Positions 1 to 9,116 of a stretch of DNA of 64,000 bases are shown piece after piece. The position numbers and the translations under genes are program-made. The first letter of the stretch is position 1; every line of letters begins with the position of its first letter. The notes beneath the pieces were generated by a model, which was not told where the DNA came from, made no database searches, and saw only the letters and a program-made list of their open reading frames with translations. The stretch lies in assembly GCA_963744685.1 (NCBI GenBank), contig CAVUUL010000006.1, forward strand, positions 301,749 through 365,748. The letters are read 5' to 3'. This stretch comes from an uncultured Solirubrobacteraceae bacterium (GTDB lineage Bacteria; Actinomycetota; Thermoleophilia; Solirubrobacterales; Solirubrobacteraceae).

Positions 1-603
1 TTTGCGCTCGCGGTGCTCGCACTGACCCTCGCCGGATTCCTCGCGAGCTCGCTGCTCGACGTCGCCCCGGTATGGATCGCGACCGCGGGCGCCGTGCTCA
101 TCACGTTGCCCGCACTGCGCACGCCGACGCGAACCGCGCGCGAGCTCATCCATGCCGTGCAGCCGGGATTCATCGTGTTCGTGCTCGGCCTGGCGGTGAT
201 CGTCGCCGCGGTCGGCGCCCACGGCCTGCAGAGCGCGATCCGTCACATCCTGCCCGCCACAAGCGTCGCCCACCCGTCGCTGGCGGCGCTGCTGCTGATC
301 GCCGCGGTGGCGGCGGTCGTGGCCAACCTCGTCAACAACCTGCCGGCGACGCTGCTGCTGATCCCGGTGGCGGCGGCACACGGCGTCGGGCCGGTGCTCG
401 CCGTCCTCGTCGGAGTCAACGTCGGCCCGAACCTCACCGAGGTCGGATCGCTGGCGACACTGCTGTGGCGCCGCGAGCTGGCGGCCGACGGGACAGCTCT
501 GCCCCGCCGCGAATTCGCTTTGCTCGGAGCGCTCACGGTTCCGCCCGCACTCGCCGGGGCGACCGTGCTGGTGTGGCTGGCGTTGAGGGTCGTCGGGGCC
601 TGA
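1..603 (+). CDS. ArsB/NhaD-superfamily ion transporter permease, C-terminal part (5' end outside the window)
   Basis: The frame is open from base 1. The sequence is polytopic and hydrophobic, with a ...LVNNLPATLLLIP... segment typical of ArsB/NhaD/CitMHS-type permeases. The frame is GC3-rich. Confidence 0.6.
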   Translation, partial: FALAVLALTLAGFLASSLLDVAPVWIATAGAVLITLPALRTPTRTARELIHAVQPGFIVFVLGLAVIVAAVGAHGLQSAIRHILPATSVAHPSLAALLLIAAVAAVVANLVNNLPATLLLIPVAAAHGVGPVLAVLVGVNVGPNLTEVGSLATLLWRRELAADGTALPRREFALLGALTVPPALAGATVLVWLALRVVGA

Positions 604-635
604 GGCGCCCGGCGACCCCCGCAGCCCTCAGCCGG

Positions 636-1061
636 TCAGGACGCCAGCGACGCGTCCAGCGTGATCTCACCGACGCCGGCCAGCGCCCGGGAGACCGGGC
701 AGCCGGCCTTGGCGTCGGCTGCCGCCTTCTTGAAGCCCTCCTCATCGATGCCCGGGACCGAGCCGACCGTCTTCAGCGCGATCGTGGTGATCGTCGGCGT
801 GCCGTCGACCATCCGCAGCGTGACCGTCGCGTCCGTCTTGACCGAGTCGACGGGCGTGCCGCCCTCGGCGAGGATGTTCGACAGGGCCATCGAGAAGCAG
901 GACGCGTGCGCAGCCGCGATCAGCTGCTCGGGGTTGGCTCCCGGCCCGTCCTCGAAGCGGGACTTGAACGAGTAGTCGCCGCTGATCGAGTCACCCGCGG
1001 TGAACGTGCCGCTCCCGCTCCTGAGATCGCCCTTCCACTCTGCATTGCCCTTGGCTGGCAT
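636..1061 (-). CDS. osmC: OsmC/Ohr-family peroxiredoxin
   Basis: 141 aa with the two conserved Cys contexts of the family (AAAHASCFSMAL and KAGCPVSRAL). Confidence 0.85.
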   Translation of the reverse strand: MPAKGNAEWKGDLRSGSGTFTAGDSISGDYSFKSRFEDGPGANPEQLIAAAHASCFSMALSNILAEGGTPVDSVKTDATVTLRMVDGTPTITTIALKTVGSVPGIDEEGFKKAAADAKAGCPVSRALAGVGEITLDASLAS

Positions 1062-1093
1062 CGGTGCTCCCTTGCTGGTGGTGTCGGATGTGG

Positions 1094-1348
1094 TCAGCCG
1101 CCCAAGCGCAGCGACAGCTGCTCAGGTGGCTGGGTGACGCTCTCGCCGTCCTCCCCGGTTCGCCTGCGACCGGTCCGCCGCCAGTGGCCGACGACCTGCG
1201 TGGCGCTCGCGTGCGACCACCCGGCCGCACGCGAGATCGGTGTGAAGCGCACGGTGCCCTCTCGCACCTCGAGCACCTCGCCATAGATGACGCGCCCACC
1301 GATCGACGCCTTGACGATGTCGCCCACCACGACGCGATCGAGCCTCAC
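1094..1348 (-). CDS. Small hypothetical protein (84 aa)
   Basis: GTG start and a strongly GC3-biased frame. It lies between the AKR and OsmC genes on the same strand. No family recognised. Confidence 0.45.
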   Translation of the reverse strand: MRLDRVVVGDIVKASIGGRVIYGEVLEVREGTVRFTPISRAAGWSHASATQVVGHWRRTGRRRTGEDGESVTQPPEQLSLRLGG

Positions 1349-1372
1349 GCCGCACAGGCTACGACGCGCGGT

Positions 1373-2227
1373 TCAGTCCTTGCCGGTGAACCGGTTCGGG
1401 TTGGGGCCGGTGCGCCCCGCCTCGCCCTTGTCCAGCCCGGTGATCGCCGTCATGTCGGCGTCGGTGAGCTCGAAGTCGAACAGCTCGAAGTTCTCCCTCA
1501 CACGCTCGGGGGTGACCGACTTCGGGAACACGATCGAGTCGCGTTGCACGTGCCAGCGCAGCACGACCTGAGCCGGCGTGCGCTCCAGCCGCTCGGCGAT
1601 CTCGGTGATCACGGGGTCGCCCAGCACGCCGCCCTGGGCGATCGGCGACCACGCCTCGGTCGCGATCCCGTGGCTTTCGCCGAAGGCGCGCACCTCCTCG
1701 TTGAGGAAGTAGGGGTGAAGCTCGATCTGGTTGACGACGGGAACGACATCGCACTCGGCCGCCAGCCGCTCCAGGTGCGCCACCTCGAAGTTCGAGACCC
1801 CGATCGAGCGCGCCCGGCCATCGGCGTGGAACTCCTCGAGCACCTTCCAGCGGACGACGAAGTCGCTGCCCGGTCGCTCGGGCAGCGGCCAGTGGATGAG
1901 GAACAGGTCGACGTAGCTGGAGCCGAGCTTCTGCAGCGTCTCCTCGAACGCGGCGCGGATCTCATCCGGCTCGTTCTTGGAATTCGACAGCTTGGAGGTG
2001 ATCCAGATCGCGTCGCGGTCCAGCGCTGAGTCGCGCACCGCGTCACCGACACCCTGCTCGTTGGCGTACATCTCGGCGGTGTCGATGTGGCGGTAGCCGA
2101 CATCGAGCGCGAGTGCCGTCGCTTCGGCGGTGTCCTCGGGCGGCACCTGAAAGACGCCGAAGCCGAGCTGCGGAATGCCCCGGCCGTCGTTGAGGGCGAT
2201 CGTGGGGACGTGAGTGGTCTCGGTCAT
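1373..2227 (-). CDS. Aldo/keto reductase (2,5-diketo-D-gluconate reductase-like)
   Basis: AKR motifs GYRHIDTAEMYANE, LFLIHWP and VSNF..HLE. I chose the ATG at 2227 (MTETTHVPTIALNDG) rather than the ORF-track start at 2398. Confidence 0.85.
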   Translation of the reverse strand: MTETTHVPTIALNDGRGIPQLGFGVFQVPPEDTAEATALALDVGYRHIDTAEMYANEQGVGDAVRDSALDRDAIWITSKLSNSKNEPDEIRAAFEETLQKLGSSYVDLFLIHWPLPERPGSDFVVRWKVLEEFHADGRARSIGVSNFEVAHLERLAAECDVVPVVNQIELHPYFLNEEVRAFGESHGIATEAWSPIAQGGVLGDPVITEIAERLERTPAQVVLRWHVQRDSIVFPKSVTPERVRENFELFDFELTDADMTAITGLDKGEAGRTGPNPNRFTGKD

Positions 2228-2416
2228 GAAGGTCCTTTCCGTGGTCTCGTCGTCAGCTACCCAGATCGGCGTCGCCGACGCCGGGCGCGCTTTCGAACCT
2301 AGTGCAGGACCCTTGAACGCGGACTGATCGGCCGAGATGCCAAGGCCGAGTGAGCGAGCGTGCGACAGGGGCGTGGCATCCTCTGGACGAACGTTCACTG
2401 CGACGAGGAGTCACAT

Positions 2417-2854
2417 ATGCCGCTCCAGGGTGAGTACGCGCCGAGCTCGGCGAAGTGGGTACGCGACCAGGTCGAGGAGATCGAGAGCTCGGGCGGGACC
2501 CAGGGCACGCTGTTGCGGGGCGTCCCGGTGGTCATCGTGACGTCGGTCGGCGCCGGCTCGGGCAAGCTGCGCAAGAACCCGGTGATGCGCGTCGAGCACG
2601 ACGGAAGCTACGCCGCAGTCGCGTCCAAGGGCGGCGCGCCCGAGCATCCCACCTGGTACCGCAACATCGTCGAGCACCCGCAGGTCGAGGTCCAGGACGG
2701 GGGGCACAAGGGCGACTACACCGCGCGTGAGCTCAGCGGCGACGAGCGCGAGCAGTGGTGGGAGCGTGCCGTGGCGGTGTGGCCCGACTACGCCGAGTAC
2801 CAGAAGAAGACCGACCGTGAGATTCCGGTCTTCGTGCTCGAGCCGTCGGCCTGA
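2417..2854 (+). CDS. Nitroreductase-family deazaflavin (F420)-dependent oxidoreductase (DUF385 type)
   Basis: Carries the family pattern ...[35 protein letters not shown]...WWERAV. The ATG at 2417 gives the usual ~145 aa length. Confidence 0.75.
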   Translation: MPLQGEYAPSSAKWVRDQVEEIESSGGTQGTLLRGVPVVIVTSVGAGSGKLRKNPVMRVEHDGSYAAVASKGGAPEHPTWYRNIVEHPQVEVQDGGHKGDYTARELSGDEREQWWERAVAVWPDYAEYQKKTDREIPVFVLEPSA

Positions 2855-2881
2855 AGGACGGGCGGAAGCGCTGCGTGACGC

Positions 2882-5014
2882 TCAGAAGGTGACCCGCGAG
2901 CCCATCATCACGGTCCGCTCGATCGGCAGCCGGAACTGGTCGAGCGGGCTCGTCGAATTGCGCGCCATGAACACGAACAGGGCCTTGCGCCAGCGCGACA
3001 TCCCCGGCGCCGAGGTCGGGGTGATCGACATCCGCGACACGTAATAGGAGGCGTGCTCGAGGTCGGTGTTGCGAGCGAGCAGCCCGCGCTTGCGCGCCGC
3101 GGCCAGCGCGGCCGGGATGTCGACCGTGTCGCGGTAGCCGACGCGCAGGGTCACGTAGGCGACCTTGAACGTGCCGCGTCCGACCCAGTCGACGGCGAAG
3201 CGGTCAGGCAGGTCGACATGCGCGATCCCGATCGGCGCCACCGACACGATCAGCATGTGCTGCTGCAGCGCGTGGCCGTGCTCGACTTCGGCGCGGAGCG
3301 CGAGCGGCGTCGTCTGACGGCTCGGTGACAGGAAGACGACCGTGCCAGGGACGCGCTTGGGCGGGTCGTCGGACTCGCAGAGCGTGGCCAGGAACGTCTC
3401 CAGGTCGCCCTCCTCAGCAACTCGGTTGCGGGTGAGGATCTCCCGCCCCCTGCGCCAGGTGATCATCGCGAACGCGACCAGGAGACCGACGGCGAGCGAG
3501 ATCCAGGCCCCGTGGTCGACCTTTGCCAGGTTCGAGGAGAAGAACGCGATCTCGACGACAAGGAAGACGGCGCCGAGCGGCGCGAGCTTCCACCACGCGG
3601 TGTGCCACATCGCCCGTGCGAGTGCGATGAACAGGATCGAGTTGAGGATGAACGTCCCGGTCACGGCAACGCCGTAGATGTCAGTGAGGCGGTTGGAGTT
3701 CTGGAAGACGAGCACGAGCGCGACCACGCCCGCACACAGGAACCAGTTGATGATGGGAACGTAGATCTGGCCCTCGAGGTTGGAGGTGTGGACGACCTTC
3801 AACCTCGGCAACAGGCCGAGCTGGATCGCCTGCTTGGCGACCGAGTAGGAGCCGGTGATCGCCGCCTGCGACGCGATCACGGTGGAAACCGTCGCGAGGA
3901 TGACCAGCGGCAGTTGCAGCGAGCCCGGCGCCAGCAGGAAGAACGGGTTGGAGATGTCCTTGTGGTGAGCCAGGATCAGCGCTGACTGGCCCAGGTAGGA
4001 GAGCAGCACGGCAGGGAGCACGACCGAGAACCAGGTGACCCGGATCGGGCCGGCGCCGAAGTGGCCGCGGTCGGCGTACAGCGCCTCGGCGCCGGTGACG
4101 CAGAGCACGACGCCGCCCAACGTCAGCCACGCCTCGACGCCGTGATCGACCATGAAACGCGCACCCCACACCGGAGAGAGCGCCTGGAGCACCTCCGGCC
4201 GCTGCACGACCTGGATCGCTCCGAGCACGCCGATCACCACGAAGAAGAAGCCGATCACCGGGCCGAAGGTCCAGCCGACCGCGCCGGTGCCGACCCGCTG
4301 CACAGCGAACAACCCGATCAGGATCGCCAGCGAGATCGGCACCACGAGGTGGGTCAAGCTGGGACTGATCACCCCGAGACCGCCGACCGCGGAGGTCACC
4401 GAGATCGCGGGGGTGATCATCCCGTCGCCGAGGAACAACCCCGCGCCGAAGATGCCCAGGATGATCAGGGTCGGGGTGCGCGGAGGCCTGCGGCGCTGAA
4501 CGAGCGCGGTGAGCGCCATGATCCCGCCGTCCCCGCGGTTGTGGGCGCGCATGATCACGCTCGCGTACTTGAACGAGACCTCGAGCATCAGCGCCCAGAA
4601 GATCAGCGACGCGATTCCGTAGACCCCGGCAGGAGTGGTGTGAGCCGCCTTCGCATGCTGGGTGAAGATCGTCTGGATGACGTACAGCGGGCTCGTTCCG
4701 ATGTCGCCGTAGACGATTCCGAGGGCGCCGAGCGCAAGCACCGCCTTCGTGGCGTGCGCGACGACATCGCGATCGTCGTCGGTGGCGGCGGCGACTGCCG
4801 CCGATGGCTCGTCGGCGCCCGCGCGACGCGGCGCGGGGCCGACGGGCCAATACCCGAGCTTGTGCGCTGCCTCATTGAAGCTGCGCCGCAGATGAGGCCC
4901 CGTGGGGGTGGGCGGGGACTCCGGCGGGCGTTCGGCGACGGGATGCGATGGGGGCACGTCCAGATGGTGCCGCGCGAAATGCCCTGAAAACCGAGCAAAA
5001 CCGGCCCCGGGCAT
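2882..5014 (-). CDS. kup: KUP/HAK/KT potassium uptake transporter
   Basis: GDIGTSPLY motif, a polytopic core and a C-terminal cytosolic domain. The start is uncertain: I chose the ATG at 5014, but the ORF stays open to 5311, which would overlap the divergent gene. Confidence 0.85.
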   Translation of the reverse strand: MPGAGFARFSGHFARHHLDVPPSHPVAERPPESPPTPTGPHLRRSFNEAAHKLGYWPVGPAPRRAGADEPSAAVAAATDDDRDVVAHATKAVLALGALGIVYGDIGTSPLYVIQTIFTQHAKAAHTTPAGVYGIASLIFWALMLEVSFKYASVIMRAHNRGDGGIMALTALVQRRRPPRTPTLIILGIFGAGLFLGDGMITPAISVTSAVGGLGVISPSLTHLVVPISLAILIGLFAVQRVGTGAVGWTFGPVIGFFFVVIGVLGAIQVVQRPEVLQALSPVWGARFMVDHGVEAWLTLGGVVLCVTGAEALYADRGHFGAGPIRVTWFSVVLPAVLLSYLGQSALILAHHKDISNPFFLLAPGSLQLPLVILATVSTVIASQAAITGSYSVAKQAIQLGLLPRLKVVHTSNLEGQIYVPIINWFLCAGVVALVLVFQNSNRLTDIYGVAVTGTFILNSILFIALARAMWHTAWWKLAPLGAVFLVVEIAFFSSNLAKVDHGAWISLAVGLLVAFAMITWRRGREILTRNRVAEEGDLETFLATLCESDDPPKRVPGTVVFLSPSRQTTPLALRAEVEHGHALQQHMLIVSVAPIGIAHVDLPDRFAVDWVGRGTFKVAYVTLRVGYRDTVDIPAALAAARKRGLLARNTDLEHASYYVSRMSITPTSAPGMSRWRKALFVFMARNSTSPLDQFRLPIERTVMMGSRVTF

Positions 5015-5066
5015 ACAGATTTTGTGAAGACGGGCGCGCCGGGTGCCTCCTACAGTCGATCGGGAC

Positions 5067-6131
5067 ATGCGATCGCTCGGTTTCCTCTCCTTCGGCCACT
5101 GGCAGGACTCGCCGCACTCGGCGACCCGGACGGCCTCCGACGCGCTCGGCCAGTCGATCGAGCTGGCCGTCGCGGCGGACGAGCTCGGCATCGACGGTGC
5201 GTTCTTCCGCGTCCACCATTTCGCCCGCCAGCTCGCCTCGCCGTTCCCGCTGCTGGCGGCGATCGGGGCCCGCACCTCGCGCATCGAGATCGGCACCGCT
5301 GTGATCGACATGCGCTACGAGAACCCGCTCTACATGGCCGAGGACGCCGCGGCGGCCGACCTGATTGCGGGAGGCCGTCTGCAGCTCGGGGTCAGCCGCG
5401 GCTCGCCTGAGCCGGCGCTGCAGGGCGCGCGGACGTTCGGCCACGTGCCCCCGGAGGGTCACACCGACGGGGACCTCGCGCGGGCCCACACCGCTCTGTT
5501 CCGCGCCGCGATCTCCGGCGCGGGCGTCGTCGAGGCCGATCCGGAGTTCGCCGGCCCGGGCGCCGCCGGGCTGCGGCTGCCGATCCAGCCTCAGTCGCCG
5601 GGGCTGGCCGAGCGGATCTGGTGGGGAGCCGGGACCCGAGCGACCGCTCAGTGGGCCGCCGAGCAGGGGATGCACCTGATGAGCTCCACACTGCTGACCG
5701 AGGACACCGGCGTCCCGTTTGCCGAGCTCCAGGCCGAGCAGATCGAGATCTTCCGTGCGGCGTGGGCCGAGGCGGGCTGGGAGCGCGAGCCGCGGGTGTC
5801 GGTGAGCCGCAGCGTGTTGCCGATCGTCACCGACGAGGACCGGCGCTGGTTCGGGATGCGTGGGGGCGGCTCCTCCGATCAGCTCGGTTACCTGGACGGC
5901 GGCATCGCGCGATTCGGGCGCACCTACGCGGGCGAGCCCGACGCGATCGCCGCTGAGCTGGCCGAGGACCGCGCCGTTCGCGAGGCCGACACGCTGCTCG
6001 TCACCGTGCCCAACCAGCTCGGCGTCGAGCACAACGCCCGGATGCTCGAGACGATCGCCGCCGAGATCGCGCCCGCGCTGGGCTGGAGGCGGCGGGGAGC
6101 CGGTTCGCTGGAGGCGCTCGGCGGTCAATAG
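5067..6131 (+). CDS. LLM-class (luciferase-like) flavin/F420-dependent oxidoreductase
   Basis: N-terminus MRSLGFLSFGHW...ELGIDGAFFRVHHF...IGTAVIDMRYENPLYMAEDAAAADLIAGGRLQLGVSRG, typical of luciferase-like monooxygenases. Confidence 0.8.
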   Translation: MRSLGFLSFGHWQDSPHSATRTASDALGQSIELAVAADELGIDGAFFRVHHFARQLASPFPLLAAIGARTSRIEIGTAVIDMRYENPLYMAEDAAAADLIAGGRLQLGVSRGSPEPALQGARTFGHVPPEGHTDGDLARAHTALFRAAISGAGVVEADPEFAGPGAAGLRLPIQPQSPGLAERIWWGAGTRATAQWAAEQGMHLMSSTLLTEDTGVPFAELQAEQIEIFRAAWAEAGWEREPRVSVSRSVLPIVTDEDRRWFGMRGGGSSDQLGYLDGGIARFGRTYAGEPDAIAAELAEDRAVREADTLLVTVPNQLGVEHNARMLETIAAEIAPALGWRRRGAGSLEALGGQ

Positions 6132-6144
6132 TCTGTGCGGGGCG

Positions 6145-6939
6145 ATGGCCGAGATCAGCTTCCGGCTCAACGCGCCGAACCACTTCCTCTCCGTCCATGG
6201 CCAGCGCGCGGGGTTCGTGCTGCTGGCCGCGTTCCTGCTGGCGTTCATCTTCATCCGCACGAGCGCCCGGATGAACCGCTCACAGAGGTTCCCGTGGTGG
6301 CCGGGCAGCGTCAAGACCGGCAGCGGCGTTCACCTGCACCACCTCGTATGGGGGATCGTGCTGATGATGGTCGCCGGCTTCGTCAACTTCGCCTGGGACC
6401 CCGAGAGCCCGCTCAGCGAGATCCTGGCCGCGCTGTTCGGCGTCGGCGTGGGCCTGACGCTCGACGAGTTCGCGTTGTGGATCTACCTGCGGGACGTCTA
6501 CTGGGCCGAGGAGGGGCGCACCTCGTTCGACGCGGTGGTGATAGCGACCGTGTTCGCCGGTCTGATCCTCGTCGGGGTCGCCCCGTTTGACGTCAGCGGC
6601 TCGGGGACCACGATCGGGTCGCTGTCGATCGTGCTCGTGCTCGACGTGCTGCTGTCGGTGATCGTCATCTACAAGGGCAAGCCGCTCGTGGGCGTGATCG
6701 GGATCTTCGTTCCGCTCGTCTCGCTCGCGGGGGCGCTGCGGTTGGCCGCGCCTGACTCGCGCTGGGCGCGGCGGCGCTATGGGGCGGGCTCGGGGGCGGA
6801 GGCGTCGGACAAGCTCGAGCGCTCGCGGGAGCGCTGGGAGCGGATGGAGGAGCGCCGGCGATGGATCGCCGACGTGGTGGCGGGGGCGCCGCACATCACG
6901 GGTCCCTCGGAGACCACGCGACGCGGCCGTCATGGTTGA
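6145..6939 (+). CDS. Integral membrane protein, unknown function
   Basis: ATG at 6145 (MAEISFRLN...). Several hydrophobic helices, then an Arg/Glu-rich C-terminal tail. Its stop overlaps the next start by 8 nt. Confidence 0.6.
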   Translation: MAEISFRLNAPNHFLSVHGQRAGFVLLAAFLLAFIFIRTSARMNRSQRFPWWPGSVKTGSGVHLHHLVWGIVLMMVAGFVNFAWDPESPLSEILAALFGVGVGLTLDEFALWIYLRDVYWAEEGRTSFDAVVIATVFAGLILVGVAPFDVSGSGTTIGSLSIVLVLDVLLSVIVIYKGKPLVGVIGIFVPLVSLAGALRLAAPDSRWARRRYGAGSGAEASDKLERSRERWERMEERRRWIADVVAGAPHITGPSETTRRGRHG

Positions 6940-7561
6940 GCGCGCGATCGAGGCCGTCGTGTTCGACATCGGCGGCGTCCTGCTGGAATGGGACCCCCGT
7001 CATGTCTACCGGGACGTGTTCGACGACGAGGCGGAGATGGAGCGATTCCTCGCCGAGGTCTGCTCGCGCGACTGGCACGAGGACAACGATCGCGGCGTGC
7101 GCTACGCGCAGTCCTGCGCCGCACTCGCCCAGCGCTTCCCCGAGTACGCCACGGAGATCCACATGTGGGGTGAGCGAACCGAGGAGATGATCGTCGGGAC
7201 GATCGACGGCACCGTCGAGATCCTCGCCGAGCTTCAGGCGGCGGGCGTCCCCTGCTACGGGCTGACCAACATGGAGGCCGAGACCTACCCGGTGCGCTAC
7301 GAGCGCTACGGGTTCCTGCGCTCGCTGGCCGGCACCATCGTCTCTTCACAGGAGGGTGTGATCAAGCCCGACCCCGAGATCTTCCGGCGGTTGTTCGCCC
7401 GGTTCGAGCTCGTGCCCGAGGAGACCGTGTTCGTCGACGACGCCGAGCGCAACATCGCGGCGGCGCGCGCGCTCGGCATGCAGGCGGTGCGGTTCACGTC
7501 GCCCGAGCGGCTCCGCGCCGAGCTCGTGGCACTCGGGCTGCCGCTTGCCGTGGGGGGCTGA
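6932..7561 (+). CDS. HAD-superfamily hydrolase (subfamily IA-like)
   Basis: DxG motif VVFDIGGVLL, then ...SSQEGVIKPDPEIF...VFVDDAERNI. The start ATG at 6932 overlaps the upstream stop (ATGGTTGA). Confidence 0.8.
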   Translation: MVERAIEAVVFDIGGVLLEWDPRHVYRDVFDDEAEMERFLAEVCSRDWHEDNDRGVRYAQSCAALAQRFPEYATEIHMWGERTEEMIVGTIDGTVEILAELQAAGVPCYGLTNMEAETYPVRYERYGFLRSLAGTIVSSQEGVIKPDPEIFRRLFARFELVPEETVFVDDAERNIAAARALGMQAVRFTSPERLRAELVALGLPLAVGG

Positions 7562-7605
7562 CGCGCCCGGGTTGGGCCGCGACGGGGCGAGGGCCGGTTC
7601 AGACC

Positions 7606-7659
7606 GCCGCCCGCAGAAGCATCGGGTGGGTGGAAACCCGAGCGGAGTCGGGCGGCGGC
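7606..7659. terminator. GC-rich stem-loop between convergent genes (possible bidirectional terminator)
   Basis: CCGCCGCCCG (7606-7615) pairs with CGGGCGGCGG (7650-7659), and there is an inner CGGGT/ACCCG pairing. There is no U-tract. Confidence 0.25.
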
Positions 7660-7673
7660 CTGAGGTGTGGAGA

Positions 7674-7884
7674 TCAGGCGGCGACCGGGCCGCCCAGCGG
7701 CTCGGCGCCTTCGATCGGCACGAGATCGAAGCTGCCGCAGTTGGAGCAGCTTCCCGTCAAGCGGAAGGTCAGGACTGCGTTGGTGTGGGTGCCACACTCG
7801 ACGCAGGCGCAGCGAACGAGCTGCGGGGTCGGACGGACGACGTTGGGCACGGCGTTGACGGACGGCGTATCGGTGAGCGCCACG
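7674..7884 (-). CDS. Small zinc-ribbon protein (70 aa, CxxC...CxxC)
   Basis: GTG at 7884 is preceded by AGGAG with a 5-nt spacer. The sequence contains CACVEC...CSNC. Confidence 0.55.
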
Positions 7885-8034
7885 TGGACTCCTTGTCCTC
7901 GGCTGCTAATGCGGGGATGTGGTGCGGGTGGTACGAATCTGTTGTCGGCCGTTCGCCTTCCAGATTCAGCGTTGGTGCGGATAACCAACGTGTGTACGAG
8001 TTGGAGCAGGTTTTTGCGGCTGCGGCGCCGCAGG

Positions 8035-8496
8035 TCAGCTGCGGGTGCGGCCGGCGCGGATCATCTCCACCGCCTGGACGACGCGACGCTCGCGTGTCTC
8101 GTCACGCTTGGCCTCGATGATCCACCGCGCGAACTCCTTGCGGTGGGTGTAGGCGAGCGCCTCGAACAGCCGCTTGGCCTCAGGGTCCGCGTCCAGTGCG
8201 GTCGCGAGCGCCGGCGGCACCTCGACCTCCCGCGGCGCCTCGTCCAGCTCGAGCGTGAACGTCACCGTGTCCCCGATCTCGATCGACGCCGCCTGGCGCG
8301 CGGCCTTGCTCAGCCCGAACAGGAACTCGCCGCGCATCCGCACCACCGTCGTCCGCAGCCGGTGGCCGTTGATCGTGGTGGCCGCTGGGAACCGCTTGGC
8401 GCCCTCGCCAATAGCCGCCACCTGCTCGTCGGTGAGCACGAACGCGCTCCCGGGTCCACGGCCTTCCAGCGCGGTGGTGATCTCGAGCGATCCCAT
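8035..8496 (-). CDS. DUF1905 + YdeI/OmpD-associated family protein
   Basis: N-terminal beta-barrel-like part (...INGHRLRTTVVRMRGEFLFGLS...) followed by a C-terminal YdeI-like helix bundle (YTHRKEFARWIIEAKRDETRERR). Confidence 0.7.
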   Translation of the reverse strand: MGSLEITTALEGRGPGSAFVLTDEQVAAIGEGAKRFPAATTINGHRLRTTVVRMRGEFLFGLSKAARQAASIEIGDTVTFTLELDEAPREVEVPPALATALDADPEAKRLFEALAYTHRKEFARWIIEAKRDETRERRVVQAVEMIRAGRTRS

Positions 8497-8950
8497 GGAC
8501 CCGGCATCCTGACGGGAGGGCCGGACCCGTGCAACCTGCGCGGGTGGTTCTCCGCATGCGCCGCGGTGGCCCGTGCCTGACGTCCGTGGAGCGGGATGTG
8601 GCCGATTTGGGCGGGGGGTCCGCCTCGATCGGCCATTCAGGCGATTGGCCTGGCGGACGAGGCGCCATCCGAGTCGCGGGCCGGCTGACCGGGGAGGTTT
8701 TCACCCACTCGCCGCACCCTCGGAGCCCGTGTGGGGGGAACTGGTGCGAGACGCGGAACTGATTCCCCAGCCGCCCGCGGAGCCTGTTGCAAGTGAGCGA
8801 AAAGCTCCGCCTGAGCGCACGATCGCCCAGCGTCTCGCCCCGCGCCCCGGCCTGCCACGCCTCAAAGGCCCCGCGCTACCCGCGGCGCCGGCTCGAGCAG
8901 GAACGTCGACGCCGCCCCTCGAGGCGCGAGGCGCGCCGAAGGCCCGCCCC

Positions 8951-8956
8951 TACAAT
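8951..8956 (+). promoter_or_regulatory. Candidate -10 hexamer TACAAT for the tRNA-Glu gene
   Basis: TACAAT ends 11 nt before the tRNA 5' end. I saw no convincing -35 element. Confidence 0.3.
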
Positions 8957-8967
8957 CCCCTCGACCC

Positions 8968-9040
8968 GCCCCCATGGTCTAGCGGTTAGGACGCCTGCCT
9001 TTCACGCAGGAAATCACGGGTTCGAATCCCGTTGGGGGTA
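8968..9040 (+). tRNA. tRNA-Glu (anticodon UUC)
   Basis: Cloverleaf read by eye: acceptor GCCCCCA/TGGGGGT, D-arm GTCT-AGCGGTT-AGGA, anticodon stem CCTGC/GCAGG with loop CTTTCAC (TTC at 9001-9003), T-arm ACGGG-TTCGAAT-CCCGT. CCA is not encoded. Confidence 0.9.
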
Positions 9041-9116
9041 CTGCCCGCTCACTCGACGGCGCCTGCCGGTGCACCACGGCGTCGCAGGGCATCGAGAACG
9101 TTTGGATCGATGCGCT

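Noticed and set aside
8016-8029. Perfect 14-nt palindromes immediately after stop codons, as possible intrinsic terminators: CTGCGGCGCCGCAG (8016-8029, after the YdeI-like gene) and GGGAACCGGTTCCC (42797-42810, after polX).
   Set aside because: Neither is followed by a U-tract on the transcribed (minus) strand; both are followed by A-rich sequence. The stems leave almost no loop. They may be 'I-shaped' actinobacterial terminators or protein sites, but I cannot support a terminator call.
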